From: Pecten maximus
Lineage: Eukaryota
DNA: 64,000 nucleotides
Assembly (NCBI RefSeq): GCF_902652985.1
Contig: NC_047025.1
Location: 36,332,001 to 36,396,000 of the forward strand
Direction: 5' to 3'
Below the pieces are notes generated by a model. The model was not told the origin of the DNA and made no database searches. It was given only the letters and a program-made list of their open reading frames with translations. Shown in pieces: positions 27,202 to 39,390 of this stretch. Made by a program: the position numbers and the translations under genes. Numbering within the stretch: position 1 is the first letter of the stretch; each line of letters opens with the position of its first letter.

Positions 27202-30200
27202 ATGGCAACGAAAAATTATCGCGCGGTGAAGTCACGCGAAGTTTTACTGGCGCCGAATTCCAAGTTTTGGCAGAATTATCCAAAGGAGACGTACTACTTT
27301 ATCAGGTATCCAAGTAAGGTAAACTGTCCTTTGTTTAATTTACATTTTAATTGTCGACATAAAAAGTAATTTTTAACCGATACAGACTGGTTAAAAGATG
27401 AACTATTATGTATTCAAAGACTTTTACAGACTAATTTATAGCTAACCAATGGCGTTCTAAACTAATTAGTTTATTATTATCTGTTGCGAATACAGATTTC
27501 TTTGCTTTCTTTATGCTCAAGACATTAGTTCAGTTTGTTTTTATGTAGATGGCCACAATATTATGTTTTGAATGAGTATGCTAATAAAATGAAATCGCGT
27601 ATTAGGTATAAAACAAAATAACATTTACCGTTTTGTTCAAATAAAGGACATGTCCAGAAGAAAACAGAAGCGTCTCGGGGACAATCAGGACATTCAGGAG
27701 TATTTTCGTGAGTAGATATAACTCCTATACGCTGATGATACCATAATCTTTGCAGAAACTCCAGAAGGGCTACAAAAAGCACTGGATATTTTCCAGAGAT
27801 ATTGTGAAATTTGGAAACTGAAAGCAAATGTTGACAAAACAAAAGTCATGATTTTCAGTAAACGCAAATGTAACCAAAACCTTGAATTTCGTCTGAAGGA
27901 TGCAACACTTGAAATTGTAGATAGTTTTTCATATCTTGGTGTAGTTGTTAATTATAATGGAAATTTTGCAAAAGCAAGGGATAGATTACTTGAACAAGCA
28001 CAAAAGTCATTGTATGCATTGTATAAAAAAATTCGTAATCATGCTATTCCTATTGATATACAACTCCATATTTTTGACACTGTAATTGAACCAATCTTGT
28101 TATACGGATCCGAAGTATGGGGATTTGAAAACTTGCGTGCATTGGAACAAATCCATCTCAAATTTTGCAAAAGAGTGCTAAAAGTGAGATCAAGTACTCC
28201 ATCATTTATGGTATATGGTGAACTGGGTCGTTTCCCACTAGAACTGAATATTAAACTTAGAATGGCTCGTTTTTGGAACAGTCTTCTTTGTAATGAAAAT
28301 AAACTTAGTAGTATTCTACTTAAATTAGCAATTAAACTGCATGACGCCGGAACTCTTTCTTTTAAATGGATCAACAAAGTTAAAAACATATATGATGAAT
28401 CTGGTTTTTCATTTATTTTTGAAAATAGATATAGCATGAATAAATTGTTCTTTAAAAATCAACTGAAACAGAGACTCCAAGATCAATTTATCCAAAAGTG
28501 GTTCTCAGAAATAGATAACTCTTCAAGAGGCGATTTTTACTCAATATGTAAATCTCAATTTGGTCTTGAAAAATATTTGACAGCATTGTCAGAAAATAAT
28601 AGACTATATATAACTAAAATACGTACATGCAATTTTAAATTCCCTATTGAAACGGGTAGATGGCAAAGAATCCCGAAAGAAGAAAGAATATGTAACCTAT
28701 GTTTAGAAAGTATTGGAGATGAATATCACTATCTGTTTTCTTGTAAAAATGAGCTAGTTAAAAATTTGCAAAATAAATATATTCCAAATTATTTTCGTAC
28801 AAATCCAAATGAGATGAAAATGAAAGGCCTATTGTCAGTATGTAACAAACGAGCTCTAAACGGATTGTCCATTTTTCTTAAAAAAATATCTCTTTTATTA
28901 TGAAGCTTTAACAAACCGTATGTGTACAAATGATTGTATTATTTTGCTGTAATATATGTAACTATCGTAAAGTGTTGACTTGGACTATGAAAGATTTATA
29001 CAACATGTATATTATATGTGTCCTCTCTATCATATTAATAAGTTGTTACTGGTAATTAAGGAAACATATACATCATGTGTATTGCAATATAAGTTTCTGC
29101 AGCATTTCACTGCTATTTGTAACTATAAAAGCGTAATAATTTATATATTATATCTGTCCATCCTGTCATGTCAAAGAATTTCGTTATAAATGTACCTCAT
29201 GTGTTTGCAATATAAGTTTCTGCAGCATTTCACTGCTATTTGTAACTATAAAAGTGTAATAATTTATATATTATATCTGTCCATCCTGTCATGTCAAAGA
29301 ATGTCGTTATAAATGTACCTCATGTAACACATTGTCATGTGTCTGAGTGTAAATAAATAAATCTGAAAATCTGAAAACAGGACGGTATTGGGTTCCAGGT
29401 CAACCAATGTAGTTAACGAGAGCATGTCAAAACATCTATATACAACAACGGGGTTCAGATCATGTTACGTCGACATCATCAATATGTTTTCTTTATAGTC
29501 CATGATTATGTAACAGAGCGCATGATTAATGAAATTTAAATCACTGCCTCCGCTAGGGATCGAACCCGGGACCTCTGGCTTACTAGTCTTACGCTCAACC
29601 GATCGAGCTAAAGAGAAGATCTCTCTAGCCGTACGGTATATTGCGGATAGTATTGCCACAATCTAATTAAAATCTAGATGGTCATTATCACTACGTTACA
29701 TGTTCATGTAACATGTTCATGTAACGTAGTGATAATGACCATCTATATTTTAATTAGATTGGTATTGCCAGGGTTACAATTATATGAGGTATACAAGTAC
29801 GCTCTAGGTCAAATGACAAGAAAGATGCCTTTATGCTACTCTTCATCGCAAGCGCATACCAAGACAGATTTTCAAATAGTCAGATATAGATCTTCTTTTG
29901 GATAGGAACTGTATTTTTAAGCATATAAACATTTGTATGTAGCCCTCTACAATATGAGGATTTTTCTTCATATTCCAAAACACAGATAAAAGAAGATTTG
30001 TTCGTCCCGAACCTGACCCCGATGTATACAACTGGCCCAAGGAATGGCTGCCTAAGCCCGCCACCCCATTAGTCCCAGCCAATACGTCAGCATTGAGGGT
30101 AAGTCGCACACTTGAGCCACACTACCAGATACAAGGTGCGCCACCAGGCCCCTGTTTCATCAACGTCCTTAACTTTACTCTTCTTATATTCTGTAATGTT

Positions 30201-33200
30201 TTTCTATGGAAATATTGAAGTTAAGAGATATTGATGGAACTGGTACCGGGACCATAACGTTTCAGTAATTCAGCGTTAGTCTGGGCCATGTAGAGTCTGG
30301 AACTATTGTCGTGACTTCATTGTACCGACTATAATTGTTCCCTGTTATGTTACTGCCCTGCAGAGAGGGAGTAAGATAAGAGGCGACTAAATCTGAGATC
30401 TTTTCTCTTCTCCGTTTAGGGTTCGTTAAGGCTCCCAAAGCACTCATCACACACATGCCGCTGTCATATATGTATGAGATACCGTCTTTACTGTTGACTG
30501 GACGTAGAGATGTTGCCCTTTCTGCAGTCAAACTAATCTAACTTTCCAACTTATAGTTTGAGGTTTGGTTTGGTTTATTTTGTTTAACGTCCTATTGACA
30601 GCTAAGGTCATTTAAGGACGGCCTCCCGTGCGTGCGACATGCATGTGTGTTGAGTGCGTATGTGTGTTTTGGGAGACTGCGGTATGTTCGTGTTAAGTCT
30701 CCTTGTGATAGGCAGGAACTTTTGCCGATTTACAGTGCTACCTCTCTGAAGCATACTGCCGAAGACACCCAGCAGGACACCCCACCCGGTCACATTATAC
30801 TGACAACGGGCGAACCAGTCGTCTCACTCATTGTATGCTGAGCGCTAAGCAGGAGTAGCAACTACCATTTTTAAAGACTCTGGTATGTCTCGGCCAGGGA
30901 ACAGAACCCAAAGCCTTCCTCACAGGGGCGAACGCTCAACTAAAGGCCAAAAGTGAGGCAGTGTCAAGGGAGACGTCAGGAAGAAGAAAGTTGTTAAGAA
31001 AGGAGAGAAAAGATAAGATCCCAAATTTAGTCGCCTCTTACGATATCATGCAATGGGGGCAGCAGGTACAATTCTTACGCCCTACCTGCAGGGCTGTATA
31101 GTTTGAGGCATTCATGATATATATCTATAGTTAGGATATATATCTATAGTTAGGACATGAAACAATATAGTCCCGATCTACAACGTCAACAGTCAACACG
31201 GTTTAGCAAATAAATTTCATTATTCTTCTCTATAAGATTGACCCTCCGAAATCCAAACCGCCGTACCACGTGTTTGAGAACACGTTCTACCTGCAGTCTC
31301 CGCCCAAGATGAGATCTGAATTAGAACCCTGGAAGTTAGACTTCGACTACAATCCAGAAATAGAAATGGCTAGGTAAGAACACTTACTGCCAATACCCCA
31401 ATGTTGTTTGTTAACTGTAAAAAAAAGACAGCAAAATATTGATTATTTTGTTTCATTGTATACGTTTATTTTACTTGAATGCGGAACCTAATATTGCTAG
31501 AATATAATGCAATGGGGATACTAAAATAGTTGTACATTGAATCTGGTTTTTGTTAGCATTACACAGAGACAGCAATGAACAAACTTTACATTAAAAAGAA
31601 AGGATAGAGAACGGTAGAGATGCCCCCGGTGTTGTAAACGTCAGTCAATATTGGTCCACACCCTTCAGTAGAGATGCCCCCAGTGTTGTAAACGTCAGTC
31701 AATATTGGTCCACACCCTTCAGTAGAGATGCCCCCAGTGTTGTAAACGTCAGTCAATATTGGTCCACACCCTTCAGTAGAGATACCCCAGTGTTGTAAAC
31801 GTCAGTCAATATTGGTCCACACCCTTCAGTAGAGATACCCCAGTGTTGTAAACGTCAGTCAATATTGGTCCACACCCTTCAGTAGAGATACCCCAGTGTT
31901 GTAAACGTCAGTCAATATTGGTCCGCACCCTTCAGTAGAGATATCCCAGTGTTGTAAACGTCAGTCAATATTGGTCCACACCCTTCAGTAGAGATACCCC
32001 AGTGTTGTAAACGTCAGTCAATATTGGTCCACACCCTTCAGTAGAGATACCCCAGTGTTGTAAACGTCAGTCAATATTGGTCCACACCCTTCAGTAAAGA
32101 TCACAGAAGTAAACTCATGATTCTCAGGGGTCCTAATTCACGTATGTAAACCTGGTCAACGTCCCCAAGTTAAATAAGATACATATGGGCACACCTTTAT
32201 AGTCGAATGTTTGTATCTATATGATACAGATTGAAGAAGATCAAGAAAACAGAAAAAGAGTTACTAGATAGGGTGTCAGGCCATCGTAGGTCACACATTG
32301 AGAAGATGGCTATCAAAAAGGAGGCCGAGGAAATAGTCGACACGGAGGAATACAGGGAAAGGACGGAAATATATGCAGAAAGAAAGAAAAAAGACATGGA
32401 GGTTAGCGTCAACAATACTACAGTCGAGTAGCACTGTAATAGTTATAAAACAACACAGAAAATGATTCTACAGAGAAATGTTCTCATCAAAATGAAAGTT
32501 ATATTTTAGAATAGGAAAGCAGGGAGGGAGGGCATTGTGAAGTGCGGTTCAAATAAAGAAGGAAAAAACCCCGACATAGAGGTTATTTAATACTTATTTT
32601 CGATTAAAACGATATACTAAACCCCAAGATATTAAGAAAAGTGAACAGGGGACTCGACGTGGGCGAACCCTGAAAAGTTGTTTGTGATATGTACTGAATT
32701 TATCATTGTTTTCAGATAATGAGAAGAGTATACAGAGAAAGGGACCTTGGTGAACCTCCACACACTTATAACATAGCTGAAATGGCGATGGACCTTAAAC
32801 ATAAAGTTTATTTCAAATCAATGAAGAATTTACATCCCGGATATACTCACACCAAAACTAACCAATCGGACCAAGGGGATATGGATTTCACAGTCCCAAA
32901 AGACGATACCATTAATGATAATGCCAGAAAAACAACAAATGCAATTTTCAAGAAGAGCGAATCTGCTCTGGAAAATAATTTGGGTGTTGATGTCCATGAA
33001 TCCGAGCCCGGACCAAGTGGCGGGATGCATTATATCTATGAAGCTTACAAGGAAAAGAGAACATGTACAAATAACGACTCTTACAGTCAGCATGGAAGAG
33101 GACCAAATTGTATGATGAAGCAACCTCATGCTGTCACCAGGGATCATGGCCAACATATTCCATCGTGGTATGGACACGAGAAACATAGGAAACTTGAACA

Positions 33201-33771
33201 ATATAAAAAGCATAAATATGAAAAATCAGCTGGTAGTAGCAGCTCAAATGGCGCAAACCAGGAGAACGTAAGCTTGGATGATTCTATAAACAGGTGTAAG
33301 GAAAATGAACATAATAACGAAGAATTAGGAAAAGATGGTCAGTCACAGCCTCGTATGACATTGTGGTATGGCCACAGTCAGGGAAGAGAATATGACGAAG
33401 CCGAGGCGATCAGAACGATGTTTGATCAAAATAAAACATTCTCTGGTAATCATGATGAGCATGATCAATTCAACAATGGCAAACATCGGTATGGACTGTT
33501 GTGTGGACGTGATAAAATGGCAACGGACGCAGATGTACTGGAAGGAGTCAACAAACAAAATCTGAATGAATTTCACGAAAGAAAGGATGAAATGGTAGAC
33601 GACGAAGAAGCCGGGATAACATTCACCACAATGGTGCCTTTCCTTTACCTTTCCACAGAGGATCTCCCGCACAGGATTCGAACCGAGACCTACACTTATA
33701 AAAGGTCACCACACCAGAGTATCGGCACTAATAGCCAGGACCTCCAAAACTCTCGATGCATCATCCTCTAG
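27202..33771 (+). CDS. uncharacterised protein, about 529 aa, 5 exons
   Basis: Exons 27202-27313, 29986-30098, 31237-31373, 32230-32401, 32716-33771 join in frame through GT-AG introns (1590 nt). Pro-rich N-terminus, charged helical segment, hydrophilic last exon. Exon 1 and its start codon are least certain. Confidence 0.7.
27722..29377 (+). mobile_element. 5'-truncated non-LTR retrotransposon (RTE-X-like) in intron 1 of the uncharacterised gene
   Basis: Open frame from LLYADDT (RT catalytic motif, 27722) to the stop at 28903; YGELGRFPL, IETGRW and CNLC...DEYHYLFSC zinc-knuckle motifs; AATAAA and (TCTGAAAA)2 tail; 124-bp duplication in the 3'UTR (29074 and 29198). Confidence 0.9.
29509..29700 (-). 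mobile_element. tRNA-containing element with TGTAAC...GTTACA ends (possible solo LTR)
   Basis: Minus strand TAGCTCGATCGGTTGAGCG...CTAGTAA...CCGGGTTCGATCCCTAG (A and B boxes, AGT loop); LTR-like TG...CA termini; no TSD seen. Confidence 0.55.
30564..31096 (-). mobile_element. composite SINE (structured 5' extension, degenerate tRNA head, Meta-like central domain, shared 3' tail)
   Basis: 12-bp TSD TATAGTTTGAGG at 30552-30563 and 31097-31108; tail CGTCCTTAAATGACC...AGGACGTTAAAC(AAACC)n shared with the V-SINEs; core AAAAATGGTAGTTGCTACTCCTGCTTAGCGCTCAGCA. Confidence 0.8.
31613..32096. repeat. 53-54-bp minisatellite, about 9 copies, intronic
   Basis: unit TAGAGATACCCCAGTGTTGTAAACGTCAGTCAATATTGGTCCACACCCTTCAG. 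Confidence 0.95.
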
Positions 33772-35358
33772 AATTTTATCACAGCATTTAGAAATAGATT
33801 GTTTACAGAAAAAATATTGCTCTTAGTAACAAATGGAAATATCCAGGATTAATATATATATATTTAATTAGACCTTGTTATTTATTTTCAGCGTCTATTG
33901 GAATTAAAGTTTTTTACACATTGGTAAATGATATTATAGATATTGTGCAGTGTTTACCACTGACAAGTTTTAGTTTCAAGCTAATAATCATCACGACTAT
34001 TTATCACGACAATGCCATTACATTACATGGTTGAAACACACTGCTTACACTAATACGATACATTATATATCATACGAAGTTTCAAAGAATTCTTTAGCGA
34101 GACGTTAATTGTGCACGTGATGTCGATAGTTCCGCTGATCCATCACCACTAGATGTAGCCTATTAACCTGGTACATATTCTATTGTCGCCTTTGTTTCGA
34201 TGTATCCGGCAAGACAGTACAGAGAAACCTCGCTATGAAGACAACATAGGGGTCTGATTAAAAGTAGTCTTAATAGTGGGGTGGTCTTAATATCGGGGTA
34301 AAGCTTTAAATAATGAACGGTCGTATTTTCCAACGCTGTTGAAACTTACAGAACTAGACTTGATATTTCACTGCAGTATTCCCGTTCGTTCAACCTTGAT
34401 TTCCCCCCAATTGATAAATTTCGGTGAAGAATGCGTTACATTCAGCTCCCTCGTATATAAACATTGAGAAACGAAGCCTATACAGTGCCAAATCAAATAA
34501 GTATGTGGTATCAAAACTACAATCAACACAAAGACCACTGATCTCATTTGATAATATCCGTTTATTGCAAATGCCTCAGTAACAATTATGGCTATCATGC
34601 GTAGGTTCCATGTCCCGTACGTACTCTAAATAACCTTTTATACATACAACGTACATACAGACACATTTAATGCCACTGAATAATACTTCATCATCACAAA
34701 AAATAAAATTTGATTCCTTCAAACTACCCTAAGTTTGGAACTTTACATGAGTATAGTGTTGTTGGTTTTTCTTCAAAAACATCTCAATGACAATTATTTA
34801 AAGAACCGTAATGGCATCAATAAAGTAACCATAGAAACGGCAACACATCAACGTGAACAATGATTACCATTCAGTCTAACGGGCCACGCTGTCTAGTTTC
34901 AATTAACCACGAAAGACAAAAAAAAAACAAGCAGGAAATGTAAAGAGAATCATTAATCTGTCCAACATATTGTTTATGGTCGTTATAAATTAGTGATTGA
35001 CAGGCAAACACCACATGGTATTAAAGGGTAATATTATGTTTGTCTATGCCTTGTCATTTAATACGACTATACATACAAAAAAAAACCTACACGACAGTCC
35101 ATACTTTCTTCGGTTGTATAGCCATAATATGATTAATACCTTAATGGATTCAGAATGAAATATGATGAATAATTTATGTTCACCATGAAATTATTATCGT
35201 AATTAAAATCCCTGAGGGCCATTGGTATGATTCCATTAAAATTACACATAAATTAATATTTACATAAAACATTCGAAAATGTATCAAATACATCAATGAT
35301 ATGCATGCTTAGTAGAGTGTGTCCATGGGTAAATAATATATAATTATTGATTAAATGT

Positions 35359-35741
35359 ACAAGAGAACCCAGAGGTATTTTGGCGCCCACCATTGAATGA
35401 TCTTCATAGGTTCCATGTCAGATTGATCTTCTCTCTATTTTCCCCTTCTTCTTACTAATCTGTATAAATTGAGAAATAGCGATAACAACTTCAATTGTCA
35501 AAATTCAAGATGGCTGCCTGTCGGCCATGTTGTTTTCCGATTGGTCTCAAAATGTAATATGCATAACTACAAACCAAGGGGAACCTGCATATGAATTTGA
35601 GAAAGATCCATTCATCACTTTCTCAGAAATAGCGATAACAAGAATTGTTTACGGACGGACGGAGGGACGGATGGACGGCCGGACGAACGGCTGAACGAAC
35701 GGCCGGACGGACCACACACCACGGATGCAAGGCGATTTGAG
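35359..35741 (+). mobile_element. short HINE-like copy with a single 155-bp monomer
   Basis: Same 5' end and (GGAC)n tract as 2750-4550; 3' hairpin missing. Confidence 0.85.
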
Positions 35742-36374
35742 TAAAAATGCGATATGGAGGATTGTTTTCTTAATGCAATGAAATGTGCATGTCCTTTACA
35801 CCTCCAGGAATTCAGGGGAAATATTTTACATGTGCTTCAAATAAAGATTGCAATGTAACAAACACTCCCGACTTGCTGTATAACACTGTACTTCTTGCTA
35901 TTTCTCGTATTTATAAAAAACATTTATACATTTTTAAAAGTCTTTTTCTTTTAATCATGGTTGTTACCAAACAGGGAAAATGGAGAAAAAATGTTGATAC
36001 ACACATGCAGCCAAAATATATGGATCCAGGGGAGAATAGCAAACAAGAAAATAACATCAAATCCAAAAAAGGTATCTTTTTTCTGTTGAAATTGATATAT
36101 GGTATAATACTGGTCGTGAAGCATGTGATGAAACAGACTTTGTATACACGATTATAACATTCATTGCTATAACGCAAGATTTGAGCAAACATCAATCCTG
36201 AATAGTGAATTGAATGAAACATGATAGATTTCCACATATTTACTGGAGATATTGGAAACATAACTGGATGTAATGGGCATAGTATGCTGGTCTTTCTATG
36301 GTGGGATAAAAATTAATAACCGCCACTCAGAATTAACTAAAACAGTAACGAAGCACCAGCTTAACATAACTACG

Positions 36375-36630
36375 AAAATGTGTTTTGAATTTTAATGGAG
36401 CACCAACTGCAGCAAAAATGTGTTTTGAATTTTCATGGAGCACCAACGGCAGCCAGAATGTGTTTTGAATTTTCATGGAGAACCAACGCAGCCATTAGAT
36501 GCTTCCATTTTCAAGGAACACCAATGGCTACAAAAATGTTTTTGATTTCATGACGCACCAACGGCAGCCACAATGTACTTTGAATTTTCATGGAGCATCA
36601 ACGACTGCAAAATGTGTTCTTAATTTTCAT
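36375..36630. repeat. degenerate about 40-bp tandem repeat, about 6 copies
   Basis: AATGTGTTTTGAATTTTCATGGAGCACCAACGGCAGCC repeated with divergence. Confidence 0.8.
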
Positions 36631-37034
36631 TTGAAATAGGCATTATATATAAGGTTCAAAGTACGGCAAGAATCCATAGTGACATGTCTTTTGACCTAGT
36701 TTTGCATCAGTGTGACACCTTTGTTTCAGGGGTGTGATCCATGCCATGGTTAAAACAAAGTGCCAACCAGAAACTCTTTGACATACATATAGATATATAC
36801 ATGTATATATATGTATTGTGCATGGTGAGTATTCTCAAAGAGGATTATATTGTATAGCATGATAAGACAGTATTTACAAATAAAACACCCCCAAAAAACA
36901 GCTCCATGTCTCCAACGACACATTATCAAAATTAATTAGCACGTTTAAAGTAAGTTTAGATACATGCTCAATCTGTTTGAAGGGTTCAACGCATTAAAAA
37001 AAAAGTTCATGCATTTAAAATTACGTATATACTC

Positions 37035-38370
37035 TATATAACTAATGTCAATTGACTGTACATGACTAATATCAATTGACTGTATACAACTAATGTCAAT
37101 TGACTGTATATAACTAATGTCAATTGACTGTATATAACTAATGTTATTTGACTGCATATAATGTCAATTGACTGTATATAACTAATGTCAATTGACTGTA
37201 TATAACTAATGTCAATTGACTGTATATAACTAATGTCAATTGATTGTATATAACTAATGTCAATTGGCTTTATATAACTAATGTCAATTGACTGTATATA
37301 ACTAATGTCAATTGACTGTATATAACTAATGTCAATTGACTGTATATAAATAATGTCAATTGACTGTACATGACTAATGTCAATTGACTGTATACAACTA
37401 ATGTCAATTGACTGTATATAACTAATGTCAATTGACTGTATATAACTAATGTCAATTGACTGTATACAACTAATGTCAATTGACTGTACATGACTAATGT
37501 CAATTTACTGTATACAACTAATGTCAATTGACTGTATACAACTAATGTCAATTGACTGTATACAACTAATGTCAATTAACTGTATACAACTAATGTCAAT
37601 TGACTGTATATAACCAATGTCAATTGACTGTATACAACTAATGTCAATTGACTGTATACAACTAATGTCAATTGACTATATAATGTCAATTGACTGTATA
37701 TAACTAATGTCAATCGATTGTAAATAACTAATGTCAATTGACTGTATATAAACAATGTCAATTGACTGTATGTAACTAATGTCAATTGACTGTATATGAC
37801 TAATGTCAATTGACTGTATATGACTAATGTCAATTGACTGTATATGACTAATGTCAATTGACTGTATATAACTAATGTCAATTGACTGTATATAACTAAT
37901 GTCAATTGACTGTATATAACTAATGTTATTTGACTGTATATAATGTCAATTGACTGTATATAACTAATGTCAATTTACTGTATATAACTGATGTTATTTG
38001 ACTGTATATAATGTCAATTGACTGTATATAACTAATGTCAATTGACTGTATATGACAAATGTCAATTGACTGTATATGACTAATGTCAATTGACTGTATA
38101 TGACTAATGTTATTTGACTGTATATAATGTCAATTGACTGTATATAACTAATGTTATTTGACTGTATATAATGTCAATTGACTGTATATGACTAATGTCA
38201 ATTGACTGTATATAACTAATGTCAATTGACTGTTAATGACTAATGTTATTTGACTGTATATAACCAATGTCAATTGACTATATAACTAATGTCAATTGAC
38301 TGTATATGACTAATGTCAATTGACTGTATATAATAATATCAATTGAAAGTATAGATGTCAACTGACTGTA
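37035..38370. repeat. 24-bp minisatellite with palindromic core GTCAATTGAC, about 55 copies
   Basis: unit TAACTAATGTCAATTGACTGTATA. Confidence 0.97.
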
Positions 38371-38599
38371 TGTGTCTAATGTCCATGTTATACAGTATTC
38401 AGTAAGTCTGCATATACTCACGACAGACATTAATTAAAAGGCAGGTTAGTCATTTTTCTTTCTTTCTGGAATAATAAGCCGTTATTGTACTTACATGGTA
38501 TTTAACAGAATCATATACAAACAAACACATCTTGTCAGACAGCACCATAATGATTGGTACTGATTCACTCTCTGTCAGTACACTATATATACATGACAT

Positions 38600-39390
38600 A
38601 TTGACCATACTGTACTGGTCAGTGAGACTTGTTGACCCATACTGTACTAGTCAGCGAGACTTGTTGACCTATACTGTACTAGTCAGTGAGAATTGTTGAC
38701 CCATACTGTACTGGTCAGTGAGACTTGTTGACCCATACTGTACTAGTCAGCGAGACTTGTTGACCTACATGTATACTGTACTAGTCAGTGAGAATTGTTG
38801 ACCCTTACTGTACTAGTCAGTGAGAATTGTTGACCCATACTGTAGTGGTCAGTGTGACTTGCTGACCCATACTGTAGTGGTCAGTGAGACTTGCTGACCA
38901 CCCATACTGTACTGGTCAGTGAGACTTGCTGACCATACTGTACTGGTCAGTGAGACTTGCTGACCCATACTGTAGTGGTCAGTGAGACTTGCTGACCCAT
39001 ACTGTACTAGTCAGTGAGAATTGATGACCCATACTGTACTGGTCAGTGAGACTTGCTGACCCATACTGTAGTGGTCAGTGAGACTTGCTGACCCATACTG
39101 TGCTAGTCAGTGAGAATTGTTGACCCATACTGTACTGGTCAGTAAGACTTGCTGACCCATACTGTAGTGGTCAGTGAGACTTGCTGACCCATACTGTACT
39201 GGTCAGTGAGACTTGCTGACCCATACTTTACTATTCAGCGAGACTTGCTGACCCATACTGTAGTGGTCAGTGAGACTTGCTGACCCATACTGTAGTGGTC
39301 AGTGAGACTTGCTGACCCATACTGTACTGGTCAGTGAGACTTGCTGACCCATACTGTACTGGTCAGTGAGACTTGTTGACCCATACTGTA
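38600..39390. repeat. 32-bp minisatellite beginning inside the last MPPE1 codons, about 24 copies
   Basis: unit CCCATACTGTACTGGTCAGTGAGACTTGCTGA; the first unit on the minus strand encodes TVWVNKSH*. Confidence 0.95.

Noticed and set aside
28039-28437. Antisense ORFs here and at 32830-33213 and 33343-33672
   Set aside because: Shadow frames of real coding sequence on the opposite strand
30147-30248. Small imperfect inverted repeat (also 12266-12308 and a Tc1-like end near 34218)
   Set aside because: Probably decayed MITE remnants; termini and TSDs too degenerate to call
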